60,224 nt of DNA from NCBI GenBank assembly GCA_031431315.1, contig JANPDE010000456.1:1-60224 (forward strand), in the 5' to 3' direction. The stretch is from Haliea sp. GTDB lineage: Bacteria; Pseudomonadota; Gammaproteobacteria; Pseudomonadales; Halieaceae. The notes beneath the pieces are model-generated. The model made no database searches. It worked only from the letters and a program-made list of their open reading frames with translations, and was not told where the DNA came from. Below, piece by piece: positions 10,085 through 20,538 of this stretch. A program made the translations under genes and the position numbers. How positions within the stretch are numbered: the first letter of the stretch is position 1; every line of letters begins with the position of its first letter.

Positions 10085-11016
10085 ACAGTCAGCCGCTCGT
10101 CTCGGTGGTTATGGGTGTCTACAATGGTGAGCGGGAATTATCTGCCACGCTCGACAGCATCTTCAGCCAACAGGGTGTCGAGTTCGAATGCATTGTCGTG
10201 GATGACGGCTCGTCGGACGCGACCCGCTCGATTCTAGAACAGCGATCCACTCACGAGCCGAGGCTAAAGATACATCGATTGCCGCGCAGTGGATTGACTA
10301 AAGCACTGATCACTGGCTGTGCAGTAGCACAAGGCAAGTACATAGCGCGGATCGATGCCGGCGACCGGCTTTTGCCCCTGCGCCTGGTGAAGCAGTTTGA
10401 GTCACTGGAATCTAACTCCGATGTTGGCCTGGTGAGTTGCGGCACTCGCTTTATGAGCGCCGAAGGCGAGTGGCTCTATAGTATCTCACAGCAAGCGAAT
10501 GAACTCTCCCTGGGCTTAGACAGCTGCGACATCAAAACCGTTTGCGGCCCGTCCCACCACGGCAGCACTATGTTCAGGCGCTCACTGTATGAGGCCTTGG
10601 GCGGATATCGTGAAGTGTTCACAGTTGCCCAGGATTTGGATCTGTGGAAGCGCCTTCATGAGGTCTCCTGTGTGCTGGCCATGCCGGAGATTCTTTACGA
10701 AAGCCACATGTTTCCCGATTCGATCAGTGTGCGCAGGCGCGCTCTGCAACTGGCAGTCGCAGCGTTGATCCTGGAGGGTGCCCGATGCCGTCGGGCTGGC
10801 TTGCCCGAGCCAGACTACCGCGCGCTCATGCCAGAAAGACAAGAGCAAAACCCTGGAGCATCGCGCTATGAAATGGCCCGATACGACTATTTCGTCGGCG
10901 CCTGCCTGTCCAAAACAGACACAAGGGCGGCGGCTCGGCACTTCGGGCGCGCGTGGCGCCACTCACCCATGAACTTCAAGTACGGGTTGCGATACTGCAG
11001 GTCGTTGATCCAATGA
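10081..11016 (+). CDS. GT2 glycosyltransferase
   Basis: VSVVMGVYNG, VDDGSSD, ARIDAGD, QDLDLW. Confidence 0.9.
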   Translation: MNSQPLVSVVMGVYNGERELSATLDSIFSQQGVEFECIVVDDGSSDATRSILEQRSTHEPRLKIHRLPRSGLTKALITGCAVAQGKYIARIDAGDRLLPLRLVKQFESLESNSDVGLVSCGTRFMSAEGEWLYSISQQANELSLGLDSCDIKTVCGPSHHGSTMFRRSLYEALGGYREVFTVAQDLDLWKRLHEVSCVLAMPEILYESHMFPDSISVRRRALQLAVAALILEGARCRRAGLPEPDYRALMPERQEQNPGASRYEMARYDYFVGACLSKTDTRAAARHFGRAWRHSPMNFKYGLRYCRSLIQ

Positions 11017-11807
11017 AGCCACCCGTTTTCCAGGATTCATGGAGCGAAGAGGTCAAGCGGGTCTACGAACACGACATGCGAGAAATTTGGGATGCATCCA
11101 TCGCACCTCATATCCACAGTCAGTATCAATATTTGCTGGACTTTTACTTTTCGCTGATTACCGATCGCCAGTTTCTCGACATACTGGATGTCGGCTGCGC
11201 TCAAGCGACGCTGGCTATACTGCTGGCCGAAAAGGGTCATCGGGTGGCCGCTGTCGACATCCGACCCGAGTTTCTCGAATACGCAGCCTCGCGGCACACC
11301 CAAGGTGACATCCGGTTTGTCGCCGGAAACCTTTTCGAGGACGATCTGCTGGGCGAGACCTTCGACGTGATATTTGCCAACCAGATTATGGAGCACGTGC
11401 TTGACCCGCAACACAAAATTGAGCGACTGGCGCAATTCCTCAAACCAGGTGGTCGCCTGGTCATGACCACACCCAATGGCGCTTATCTTCGCAATAGTTT
11501 GCCTACATACCGGGAGTTTATGGCTAGCGGCACAGCGTTCAAGCAGAACACTGCTGACGCTGACGGACACGTGTTTGCCTTTACGCTCGATGAGCTTAGC
11601 GAGAAGGTAAAGCTCGCGGGTTTGCTGGTTGATACTGCCAGCTGGCTGGAAACCCCATTTGTGAACGGCCATATCAAGTTCAGGTATGTGATGCCACTCC
11701 TGCCCCGATGGATCGGTAGGGCGATTGATTCCACCATCCTGAGATTGCCCTTGCTGAATCGCCGGCTTGCCCACCAGCTGTATGTCGTTGCGAGAAAGCA
11801 AACGTGA
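11013..11807 (+). CDS. Class I SAM methyltransferase (UbiG-like fold)
   Basis: ILDVGCAQA, QIMEHV, LKPGGRLVMTTPN; ATG at 11013 overlaps the upstream TGA. Confidence 0.85.
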   Translation: MKPPVFQDSWSEEVKRVYEHDMREIWDASIAPHIHSQYQYLLDFYFSLITDRQFLDILDVGCAQATLAILLAEKGHRVAAVDIRPEFLEYAASRHTQGDIRFVAGNLFEDDLLGETFDVIFANQIMEHVLDPQHKIERLAQFLKPGGRLVMTTPNGAYLRNSLPTYREFMASGTAFKQNTADADGHVFAFTLDELSEKVKLAGLLVDTASWLETPFVNGHIKFRYVMPLLPRWIGRAIDSTILRLPLLNRRLAHQLYVVARKQT

Positions 11808-11819
11808 GCAGTCATTAAA

Positions 11820-12224
11820 TTGGCAGGCTCAAAACTACAGGTATATCGGGGTTTCATGCGCGCGCTGGCACTGCGCCTGCATGGTGCGAAGGTTGCTGCA
11901 AAACCCCGGGTCGATCGCTACCGTTATTTCGACAATCCTGCGGGCCTGACCACCGGTTCGCGCTCCCTGGTTGCGCCCGGATGCTTTATTACCGACCACA
12001 ACCACGCAATCGTCGCGCGAGTACGAATTGTCGATCAGGGAATTAGCACCAGTCCAGTAGCAATAGGTGAAGATGTCTGGATAGGAGCGGATGTTAGTAT
12101 ATTACCCGGTGTGCGGATTGGTTACGGCGCGGTTATTGGAGCAGGTTCTGTTGTTGCAAGGGATGTGCCTGCGTTCTGCATCGCCATTGGCTCGCCCGCC
12201 AGGTTTATCCGCGAACGCGATTAA
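11820..12224 (+). CDS. Hexapeptide-repeat (LbH) O-acetyltransferase, short and possibly degenerate
   Basis: ITDHNH, IGEDVWIGADVSILPGVRIGYGAVIGAGSVVARDVP, GSPARFIR. Confidence 0.75.
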   Translation: MAGSKLQVYRGFMRALALRLHGAKVAAKPRVDRYRYFDNPAGLTTGSRSLVAPGCFITDHNHAIVARVRIVDQGISTSPVAIGEDVWIGADVSILPGVRIGYGAVIGAGSVVARDVPAFCIAIGSPARFIRERD

Positions 12225-13148
12225 ATGACCGCAACCGGAAACCAGAATGGAGATGCGGCAATACAACCATCGCTTTCAATCGTAATACCTACCTTCAAAC
12301 GCGAACAGGTATTAATTGAGACGCTCGACCATTTGCTGCGGCTGGCACATCCGGCCAATGAGATACTGGTGATTGATCAAACCCTGCAGCATGCTCCCTC
12401 AACTGAAGAAAAGCTGGAGTTGCTGCATCGTGCTGGCAAAATTCGTTGGATTCGCCAGAATCCGCCGTCAATTCCGTCTGCCATGAACAGAGGAGCCCTG
12501 GACGCGCGTGGCGAAATCATCCTGTACCTGGACGATGACATCGTTCCCAATCCCGCGCTGCTGGAAAGCCATCTTGCGGTGCATTTGAAGCCACAGGGCA
12601 ATCTGGTAGCGGGTCGAGTTCTGCAACCCTGGCACCACAACGAGCACGATTCGGACCCGTTTACAAAAGCGGCGGGCGAATTCAAACAGGAGTTTATTGG
12701 CTGCAACTTTTCCATATCCCGAGGTCTGCTGATGAACCTGGGGGGCTTTGATGAGAATTTCAAGGGCGCGGCCTACAACTACGAGCGTGAGTTCGCAGAC
12801 CGCCTGCTCGAACATGGCCACACCATCTGGTATGAACCAACTGCCCTGATCCGCCACCTGCATCATTCCACCGGCGGCACTCGCAGCAAGGGCGACCACC
12901 TGACGAGCTGGAACCCGCGCCACCCGGTGGGAGCCTACTATTACCTGTTTGTCTCGCCGCGTGTGCGCCAGCGCATGGCCGCCGCACTCATGCGCCTGGT
13001 GCGCTCGGTGTTGACGCGCCATCACCTGAGAAGGCCCTGGTACATACCAGTGACGATCACTTCTGAGCTACAGGGTCTGCTCTGGGCCCTGTTGTTGCGT
13101 CTTAAAGGGCCGGCACTACCATTTCAGAAGTCGGGGGCGAAAGATTGA
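12225..13148 (+). CDS. GT2 glycosyltransferase (resembles the cyanobacterial HpsN type)
   Basis: SIVIPTFKRE, VIDQT, ILYLDDD, GGFDENF. Confidence 0.85.
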   Translation: MTATGNQNGDAAIQPSLSIVIPTFKREQVLIETLDHLLRLAHPANEILVIDQTLQHAPSTEEKLELLHRAGKIRWIRQNPPSIPSAMNRGALDARGEIILYLDDDIVPNPALLESHLAVHLKPQGNLVAGRVLQPWHHNEHDSDPFTKAAGEFKQEFIGCNFSISRGLLMNLGGFDENFKGAAYNYEREFADRLLEHGHTIWYEPTALIRHLHHSTGGTRSKGDHLTSWNPRHPVGAYYYLFVSPRVRQRMAAALMRLVRSVLTRHHLRRPWYIPVTITSELQGLLWALLLRLKGPALPFQKSGAKD

Positions 13149-14332
13149 ACGCCAGGAAACCCCGCCTGCTGATCGTCACCTCGCATCCCATCCAGTACCA
13201 GGTGCCCTGGTTCCAAGCGCTGCATGCGGATGGACGCCTGGACCTACAGGTATTGTTCCTGAGTTTACCCGGCGCATCACAGCAGGGCACGGGCTTCGGG
13301 CAGGCGTTCGAATGGGACATACCCTTGTTGGACGGTTATGCGTGGGCACTTGCTCCATCAGCCAAGGGTGGCATCCACGCAGGCTGGTGGGGCTTAAGTG
13401 TGTCATCCGCGGCAAACGATGTTTCGGCGCACACACCTGACGTGGTGCTGGTTTGTGGCTGGCAGAAACGCGGCATGCTGCAGTGCCTCCTGGCCGCTCG
13501 GCAACTGGGTTTGCCCTTGTTGCTTCGGGCCGAATCGAATGGCCTCGGGCCGTCCGGTGCGCTACGCAGCCTGAAAAACCGCTGGATTACACGCCATGCA
13601 GACCAACTGCTGCCAATTGGCAAAGCCAATCGCACGTTCTATGAGCGGTTGGGGCTGACTGCACGTATCGGGCCAGAGGTTACTTATTTTGTGGACAACG
13701 AGTTCTTCTCCAGCCGCAGTGCCCGGCAAAGTACAGGTTCTGCTGACGTTCGCAGCAAATTTGGAATTCCCGAGGCGGCCTGTTGCTTTCTCTTCGCGGG
13801 AAAGCTGGAGCCCAAGAAGCGTCCACAGGACCTGCTCACCGCGCTAGAGAATGTCCATCACAGCTCGGCTAGCCCGGTTCACCTGCTTATCGTCGGGTCC
13901 GGTCCGCTGGAAGCCCAGCTGCGCTACCAGGTGGAGGCCGCCCAGCTGCCGGTCACCTTCGCGGGGTTCCAGAACCAGACCGAGATGCCGGCCGCTTACG
14001 CAGCGGCCGACTGCCTGGTGCTACCTTCGGAGTACGGCGAAACCTGGGGCCTTGTAGTGAACGAGGCCATGGCCTGCGGCCTCCCGGCCATCGTCAGCGA
14101 TCACGTAGGTTGCGGGCCTGACCTCGTGCACCACAGAGAAACGGGGTTCAGGTTCAAATGCGGGGATGTCCGCGAGTTGGCCCAGGCAATGTGTGCCTTT
14201 TTGGCGTTCTCCGCCGAACAACGCCGTGCAATGGGTAGCCGCGCACAGCGTTTGGTCCTTGATAAGTATTCCATAGAGGCTGCGGTTGAGGGAACCATCA
14301 AGGCCGTTCAGAAGGTTGCCCGTGTTGTCTGA
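13145..14332 (+). CDS. GT4 glycosyltransferase
   Basis: HPIQY, FAGKLEPKKRP, ETWGLVVNEAMACGLP. Confidence 0.9.
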   Translation: MNARKPRLLIVTSHPIQYQVPWFQALHADGRLDLQVLFLSLPGASQQGTGFGQAFEWDIPLLDGYAWALAPSAKGGIHAGWWGLSVSSAANDVSAHTPDVVLVCGWQKRGMLQCLLAARQLGLPLLLRAESNGLGPSGALRSLKNRWITRHADQLLPIGKANRTFYERLGLTARIGPEVTYFVDNEFFSSRSARQSTGSADVRSKFGIPEAACCFLFAGKLEPKKRPQDLLTALENVHHSSASPVHLLIVGSGPLEAQLRYQVEAAQLPVTFAGFQNQTEMPAAYAAADCLVLPSEYGETWGLVVNEAMACGLPAIVSDHVGCGPDLVHHRETGFRFKCGDVRELAQAMCAFLAFSAEQRRAMGSRAQRLVLDKYSIEAAVEGTIKAVQKVARVV

Positions 14333-14341
14333 GCAAATAGC

Positions 14342-15766
14342 GTGATACTGCTCGCCGGCATCATAACGCTGGCCATATTACTGCTTGCACTTGCTGATTG
14401 GCGGCGCGCCCTGCTGGCAGTGATTGTTGTTGGGGTTTTGCAGGATGTTCTCAGGAAGCTGACACCGGGGGCCCCGGCATTCTATATCGTCTGGTCAATG
14501 GCTGTTTACCTCGCCGTGGTTGCCATAGCAATTCTCGGCCGCTCGCTGCCGCCGCTGCGGACCATTTACTTGCAAGATCGCCTGGTCAAAAACGCCTGGA
14601 TAGCTTTCTTTGTGCTGATCGCGCTGCAAATGCTCAATGCGCTGGCACGCACCGGCAACCCGGTGGTACCGCTTTTCGGCGCGATGTTCTACCTGGGCCC
14701 GGCCGCGGCCATGTTGGTGGCCTGCGGCTACTTCTCGGGTGAGCGGCAGCTAAGGAGATTTCTTGCCTTCTATGTGCTCGTTCTCTTGCCCACTTGCCTT
14801 ACCGTCTATTTGTCGCCTGCGTATGCGCATGCCTGGCCCATCCTGGCTGATGTGGGAATCTTTACCAGCAGCCAGATTCTGATCTATGACGTGGGAACCA
14901 TCCTGCAATCCTATGCCGGCATCCTGCGAACCGGGGAGATCGCCGCCTGGCATGCGGCCACCGTGGCAATCTTTCTGATCACATTCTCATTTACTGCACG
15001 GCGGCGCCGGCACTGGCTGATTACGGCAGTACTCGTAGCGCTGATGATCGGCGTCATCATACTTACAGGTCGCCGCAAAATGTTGATGGCCCTTGCGGTA
15101 TTTTTCGTCGTGCAATGGGCGCTGCTGGCATGGCTCAGGAAGGGCATGGGTAAGGTCGCTGTGCTCATCATCCTGGTGGGTACTCTGTCTTCCTACTCGC
15201 TGACCATGCTGGAGCCCTCATCCGCAAAAGGCCTGTATGTACAGCGTAGCGCTACCGTGTTTGGCGAAGCGGCGGAGCGCGTGGAGCTGGCTATAGATCT
15301 GATGAAATGGGCTTTCATCCGCTCCGGTGGCCTGGGCTTGGGGGCAGGCTCCGCCGCGCAGGGCGCCCGGTATGGCGGCGTTGACCCGTCCAAGCAAGTG
15401 GGTGGCGCGGCGGAATCGGGGCTCGGAATGTTAATGGGGGAGCTCGGCATATTGGGTGTCGTCGTCTCGATATGGCTGCTGGCAGTTATAAGCCGTAATA
15501 TTTTGCGTAATTTGAAGGCGCTGGCGTCAACAGAACCACGCCTCATGCTTTACCAGGTGTCGTTTATTTCCTTTCTGGTCGCCAACATGCTGACGTTCAC
15601 AGTGGCCACCCAGGTCTATGGTGATTTCTTTGTCCTGATAATTCTCGGAACGGTTGCCGGGTTCATGGTACGCATCAACAACCTGGCGTATACCAGAACC
15701 CTGGCATCGCGCCAGCGCCACGGCACTCAAGCGCGTGCCGTGCCCCCCTATCTCACCCGGCCCTGA
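14342..15766 (+). CDS. Polytopic membrane protein, Wzy polymerase/O-antigen-ligase-like
   Basis: Many hydrophobic segments, LTGRR motif, GLGLGAG...E...ELGILG loop typical of the Wzy_C/ligase superfamily. Confidence 0.6.
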   Translation: MILLAGIITLAILLLALADWRRALLAVIVVGVLQDVLRKLTPGAPAFYIVWSMAVYLAVVAIAILGRSLPPLRTIYLQDRLVKNAWIAFFVLIALQMLNALARTGNPVVPLFGAMFYLGPAAAMLVACGYFSGERQLRRFLAFYVLVLLPTCLTVYLSPAYAHAWPILADVGIFTSSQILIYDVGTILQSYAGILRTGEIAAWHAATVAIFLITFSFTARRRRHWLITAVLVALMIGVIILTGRRKMLMALAVFFVVQWALLAWLRKGMGKVAVLIILVGTLSSYSLTMLEPSSAKGLYVQRSATVFGEAAERVELAIDLMKWAFIRSGGLGLGAGSAAQGARYGGVDPSKQVGGAAESGLGMLMGELGILGVVVSIWLLAVISRNILRNLKALASTEPRLMLYQVSFISFLVANMLTFTVATQVYGDFFVLIILGTVAGFMVRINNLAYTRTLASRQRHGTQARAVPPYLTRP

Positions 15767-15768
15767 CC

Positions 15769-16959
15769 ATGCGCATCCTGCACGTAGTCCCTAGCTATCT
15801 CCCCGCCACCCGCTATGGCGGTCCGATCCAGTCCGTGCATGGCCTGTGCAAGGCGCTGGCGCAAGCCGGTCACGACGTGAGCGTGTTCACCACCAGCATT
15901 GACGGCGCTGGCAACTCGAGTGTCCCACTGGGACAGCCAGTGGACCTGGACGGCGTGCGGGTGTGGTACTTTGCTTCGCCCTTCCTGCGGCGACTGTTCT
16001 GGGCTCCAGGTATGAAAAGCGCTTTGCGCGAGCAAGTGGACCAGTTTGACCTGGTGCATTTGCACTCAGTTTTCCTGTGGCCCACCTGGGCGGCTGCGCG
16101 GACAGCCCGCAAGGCGGGAGTACCGTACCTGGTTGCGCCGCGCGGCATGCTGGTGAAGGATCTGCTGCGGCGCAAGAGTCGCGCTCTGAAAACCGCCTGG
16201 GTTTGCGTGATTGAGCGGCGCAACCTGGAACGGGCAGCGGGCATACATGTTACTGCGCCTGTTGAACAGGCGGAAATCGAGCAGTTCGGGTTCACTCTGC
16301 CGCGCTGCTATTACGTACCCAATGGGATAGAAGAAATTGACCTGCCGGCGCTGGACAAGGAGCATTGCGATCTGCTGCCGGGAGCTCCCTACGTCCTGTT
16401 CCTTGGCCGACTCAACTGGAAGAAAGGTCTGGACCGACTGGTGCAAGCCTGGCGGTTGGTTCCCGACAGGCTCCTGGTGATTGCCGGTAACGACGAGGAA
16501 AACTATCGCGCAGAGGTCGAACGCCTTGCGCGAGCGGAGGGGGTGATCGACCGTATCCGCTTCACCGGGCAGGTGACGGGTGTAGCCAAATGGCTGTTGT
16601 ATCGCAACGCCGAGTTGTTCGTGCTGCCGTCATATTCAGAGAACTTCGGCATCGTGGTACTGGAAGCCATGGCCATGGGTTGCCCAGTCGTGGTGACACC
16701 CGAGGTAGGCCTGGCCGCCACCTTGGCCGAGAGCGATTGCGGCCGGGTAGTCAGTGGCGAACCGGACCTTTTAGCCGCCACTATCAACGAGTTGTTGGCG
16801 AACGAGGACTTGCGCCATACGTTGGGCCGGAATGGGCAGGAAGTGGCCAATAGACAATTCCTGTGGCCAAGCGTTGCAAGGGAAATGGAAGCCGTTTACG
16901 CAGGCTTGATCAAGGGAGTTGCGTACGAGCCCTCTCACTTCGGTACCTCCCCCAAGTGA
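15769..16959 (+). CDS. GT4 glycosyltransferase
   Basis: YGGP, PRGML, FLGRLNWKKGLD, SYSENFGIVVLEAMAMG. Confidence 0.9.
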   Translation: MRILHVVPSYLPATRYGGPIQSVHGLCKALAQAGHDVSVFTTSIDGAGNSSVPLGQPVDLDGVRVWYFASPFLRRLFWAPGMKSALREQVDQFDLVHLHSVFLWPTWAAARTARKAGVPYLVAPRGMLVKDLLRRKSRALKTAWVCVIERRNLERAAGIHVTAPVEQAEIEQFGFTLPRCYYVPNGIEEIDLPALDKEHCDLLPGAPYVLFLGRLNWKKGLDRLVQAWRLVPDRLLVIAGNDEENYRAEVERLARAEGVIDRIRFTGQVTGVAKWLLYRNAELFVLPSYSENFGIVVLEAMAMGCPVVVTPEVGLAATLAESDCGRVVSGEPDLLAATINELLANEDLRHTLGRNGQEVANRQFLWPSVAREMEAVYAGLIKGVAYEPSHFGTSPK

Positions 16960-16982
16960 CTGTTGGTGCCGGGCAGAAAATC

Positions 16983-17771
16983 ATGGATTTAACTGTTGTA
17001 GTGCTTACCTACAATGAAGAGCCTAACATCTCCAGAAGTCTGCACAGTGTCAGATGGGCTGAACGCATCATTGTTATAGACAGCGGCAGTTCGGACCGCA
17101 CGGTCGCTATTGCCAATTCGTTTCCCAATGTCACCGTGGTTTCCAGGGTTTTTACCACTCACGCAGAACAGTGGAACTTTGGGCTGGAAGAAGTAAAAAC
17201 ACCCTGGACACTTGCGATGGATGCCGACTACCTGTTCCCCGAAACCGCGCCCGCTGCCATACGTTCTGCAATGCTCAAGGACAATGCAGGATTCAGCGCC
17301 GCCTTCCACTATCTGGTTTATGGAAGAAGGGTCAAAGGAAGCGTTCTACCGCCGAGGACAATTCTGTTTCGCACGGGACATGGCAGATACTGGCAAGACG
17401 GACATACCCAGCAACTGCAGTTGCAGGGGAGTCTTGGCCTGCTACCGTTTCATGTGTCGCACGACGACCGCAAGACCGTGTCGCGCTGGTTGCAATCCCA
17501 GATCAGCTACGCTCGCCAGGAAGCGGAGAAGATTACATCCCGCCCTGGCACCGGGCTGGGCCGCAATGACCGAATTCGAAAGGCCATCGTGCTCGCGCCG
17601 CCACTGATATTCCTGTTGGTGTATGTATTGCGTGGCGGGTTTCTCAGCGGTTGGCGCGGACTCTTCTACGCACTGCAGCGCCTGGTGGCCGAGTTACTGC
17701 TGAGTCTCTTTTTAATCGATGTGAAACTGCAATCGCTTGTCCAGCAAAGCGATTCGCAGGGATCGCAATGA
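16983..17771 (+). CDS. GT2 glycosyltransferase (WaaE-like)
   Basis: MDLTVVVLTYNEE, IDSGSSD, MDADY; start reassigned to the ATG at 16983. Confidence 0.85.
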   Translation: MDLTVVVLTYNEEPNISRSLHSVRWAERIIVIDSGSSDRTVAIANSFPNVTVVSRVFTTHAEQWNFGLEEVKTPWTLAMDADYLFPETAPAAIRSAMLKDNAGFSAAFHYLVYGRRVKGSVLPPRTILFRTGHGRYWQDGHTQQLQLQGSLGLLPFHVSHDDRKTVSRWLQSQISYARQEAEKITSRPGTGLGRNDRIRKAIVLAPPLIFLLVYVLRGGFLSGWRGLFYALQRLVAELLLSLFLIDVKLQSLVQQSDSQGSQ

Positions 17772-17805
17772 ATGTGCCCATGACTGGGTCGACAGGGAAA
17801 TCACC

Positions 17806-19563
17806 ATGTCGGTAATACTCGGGCTGAATGCCTTCCATCCCGACTCAGCTGCCTGCCTTGTGGTGGACGGCAAGCTGCTGGGCGCCGTTGCGGAGGAACG
17901 CCTGGGTGAACGCCTCAAGCACAGTTCAGCGTTTCCAGCATATGCTATTCGCCATCTGCTGGAAGATTCTGGTCTGCGTCTTCGCGACGTAACCCACGTT
18001 GCGATGGCGCGCGACACCAATGCTAACCGTGCCGCAAAGATGTTATACGTGGCGCAAAAACCGATAAAAGCTGTCGGCGCGGTGGTAGAACACCTCAGTC
18101 GTAGTCGTAGAACCAAGAGCACCATACAGCAACTGGCCGAAGTCTGTGACGAGGACCCAGCTGCGGTCAGGTTCGAAACCGTTGGCGTTGAACATCACCT
18201 GGCCCACGTGGCCAGCGCCTATTATCTCTCACCCTTCGAGGAACTGACGGCGGGCTTTTCCTACGACGCATCCGGTGATTTCGCCAGCATGATGGCGGCC
18301 CGGTGCGAAGGTAGCCGCATAGAAGTGCTGGACCGGGTAACGCTGCCGGATAGCCTTGGTTTCTTCTACACCGCGTTATGCCAGTTCATCGGTTTCGACG
18401 GTTTTGGAGAGGAATATAAGGTGATGGGCCTGGCGCCCTATGGAGAAGACCGCTACGCAGATGTCATACGGCAACTGGTGCGACTTGAGCATGACAGCTG
18501 GTACCGGCTTGGCAAGGGCTTTTTTGGCATGCATGAAGGTGCCGAAAGCGGCGCGGTTGACGAGCGGAACCAGATTGTGATGGACCGGTTGTATTCGCGC
18601 CGTTTGCAGGATTTACTGGGAGAACCCCGGTTGCGCAATGATCCATTGACACAACGTGAGAAGGACATCGCAAGGTCCACCCAGGTGCGCTTCGAGGAGG
18701 CCGCCCTCCACTGTATGCGTCGGTTACACGCGCTGGTTTCGACCGGGCGCCTGGCGATGGCAGGCGGCTGTGCCCTTAACGGGGTGGCAAACGCACGCAT
18801 CCTGCGCGAAACCCCCTTTGTCACCCCCTACCTGCAGGCGGCCGCGTCCGACGATGGCGCCTGCATGGGTGCAGCGTTCTGGGTCTGGCACAACGTATTG
18901 GGCCGGACCGAACGCTTTCATATGAAACATGCTTTCTGGGGCCCCGGTTACTCGGATGAACGGATGCGTAACGTTGCCGAAGGCAGCGGCTTTCCCTTGC
19001 AGGCCTGCAGGGACGAGAGTGAACTCGTTGACGTAGCGGCAGGAATGATCGCCGAAGGCATGGTTGTAGGCTGGTACCAGGGCCGCAGCGAGTGGGGACC
19101 GCGCGCGCTCGGTAACCGCTCGATTCTGGCCAACCCGACCCTGCCCACGATGAGAGACACCATCAATGCCAAGATCAAGCGTCGCGAGTCCTTCAGGCCT
19201 TTTGCTCCCAGCGTTCTCAAGGAGGACGTAGCAACTTACTTCGAGCAGACCGTAGACAGCCCGTTCATGATGCACGTGGTCAAGATCAGGCCCGAATGGC
19301 GTGAGCGTTTGCCGGCCGTCACTCATGTGGACGGCACCGGGCGGTTGCAAACTGTGGAGCAGGACAACAATCCGCTTTATCACCGGTTGATCACCGCGTT
19401 CCGGCGCAGGACAGGTATTGGCCTTGTACTCAACACCAGTTTCAACGAGAACGAACCGGTAGTTGACACGCCGGAACAGGCATTCGATTGCTTTCGGCGC
19501 ACGGACATGGACGCGCTGTGCCTGGGTCGTTATGTGTTGGTGAAGGAGCGGATTGCTGAATGA
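17806..19563 (+). CDS. NodU/CmcH-family O-carbamoyltransferase
   Basis: ILGLNAFHPDSAA, EER, EHHLAH, EYKVMGLAPYG, AGGCALN, EWGPRALGNRS, LNTSFN. Confidence 0.92.
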   Translation: MSVILGLNAFHPDSAACLVVDGKLLGAVAEERLGERLKHSSAFPAYAIRHLLEDSGLRLRDVTHVAMARDTNANRAAKMLYVAQKPIKAVGAVVEHLSRSRRTKSTIQQLAEVCDEDPAAVRFETVGVEHHLAHVASAYYLSPFEELTAGFSYDASGDFASMMAARCEGSRIEVLDRVTLPDSLGFFYTALCQFIGFDGFGEEYKVMGLAPYGEDRYADVIRQLVRLEHDSWYRLGKGFFGMHEGAESGAVDERNQIVMDRLYSRRLQDLLGEPRLRNDPLTQREKDIARSTQVRFEEAALHCMRRLHALVSTGRLAMAGGCALNGVANARILRETPFVTPYLQAAASDDGACMGAAFWVWHNVLGRTERFHMKHAFWGPGYSDERMRNVAEGSGFPLQACRDESELVDVAAGMIAEGMVVGWYQGRSEWGPRALGNRSILANPTLPTMRDTINAKIKRRESFRPFAPSVLKEDVATYFEQTVDSPFMMHVVKIRPEWRERLPAVTHVDGTGRLQTVEQDNNPLYHRLITAFRRRTGIGLVLNTSFNENEPVVDTPEQAFDCFRRTDMDALCLGRYVLVKERIAE

Positions 19564-19647
19564 GAGGATTGTCCGGGTTTGCAGCGCAATGGGGCGGGGA
19601 GTCAGTGCCTCGGCGAGCAGGGGGCAGTGGTATGGCAAGGATTCGGC

Positions 19648-20538
19648 GTGACTCTCTTTGATACGATCAGATTCATCACAAGCCACCCGTTAAATCGTGA
19701 GCACAGAATCAATGCAATCATCCGCTTTGCAAAGTGGCAGATTTCGAGTCGGCTGGCTCCGGGGGCAATCGTCTACGACTGGATCAACGGCTCCAGGTTA
19801 CTGGTTAAAACCGGGGAAACGGGATTAACTGGAAACATCTACACAGGCCTTCATGAGTTTCCTGAGATGGGTTTCGTGCTGCATTTCTTGCGGGACGAAG
19901 ACCTCTTTGTTGATGTTGGCGCAAACGTTGGTTCATACACGATTCTTGCGTGTTCTGCAGTGGGAGCCAGAGGAGTCGCGTTTGAACCGATTCCTGGCAC
20001 TTACGGGAGACTTGTCGAGAACATGCGCCTCAATCATTTGGACGGTAAAGTGTTATGCGTGAACCAAGGCGTAGGCGCCCAGCCCGGAGAAATGGCCTTC
20101 AGCAGCGACAGCGACACGACAAACCACGCGCTGGCAGCTGGCGAGCAGCATGACTGCAGTGTGACTGTCCAATTAACTTCATTGGATATCGCCCTGCAAG
20201 GAATGTCCCCGTCCCTGATAAAGATTGATGTTGAAGGTTACGAGTCTCAAGTCCTTGAAGGTGCGCAACAGATTCTAAAGAACCAGGCGCTAAACGCCGT
20301 TATAGTAGAGTTGAACGGGAGCGGAAGCCGCTATGGATTTGATGAGTCGAAGATAATCGAATTGATGCTCAATCACGGCTTTCTAACGTATTCATACGAC
20401 CCGCTGATTCGAACACTTACCAATCTTGACGGCAAGAACTTGAATTCAGGCAATACTATCTTCATCCGCAATAGACCATTCGTCGAAGAGAGACTAACAA
20501 CCGCGCCAAAGGTGGCTGTTCATGGCAGGCAATTCTAA
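19648..20538 (+). CDS. FkbM-family methyltransferase
   Basis: FVDVGANVG, AFEP, IKIDVEGYE; start reassigned to GTG 19648. Confidence 0.88.
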   Translation: MTLFDTIRFITSHPLNREHRINAIIRFAKWQISSRLAPGAIVYDWINGSRLLVKTGETGLTGNIYTGLHEFPEMGFVLHFLRDEDLFVDVGANVGSYTILACSAVGARGVAFEPIPGTYGRLVENMRLNHLDGKVLCVNQGVGAQPGEMAFSSDSDTTNHALAAGEQHDCSVTVQLTSLDIALQGMSPSLIKIDVEGYESQVLEGAQQILKNQALNAVIVELNGSGSRYGFDESKIIELMLNHGFLTYSYDPLIRTLTNLDGKNLNSGNTIFIRNRPFVEERLTTAPKVAVHGRQF

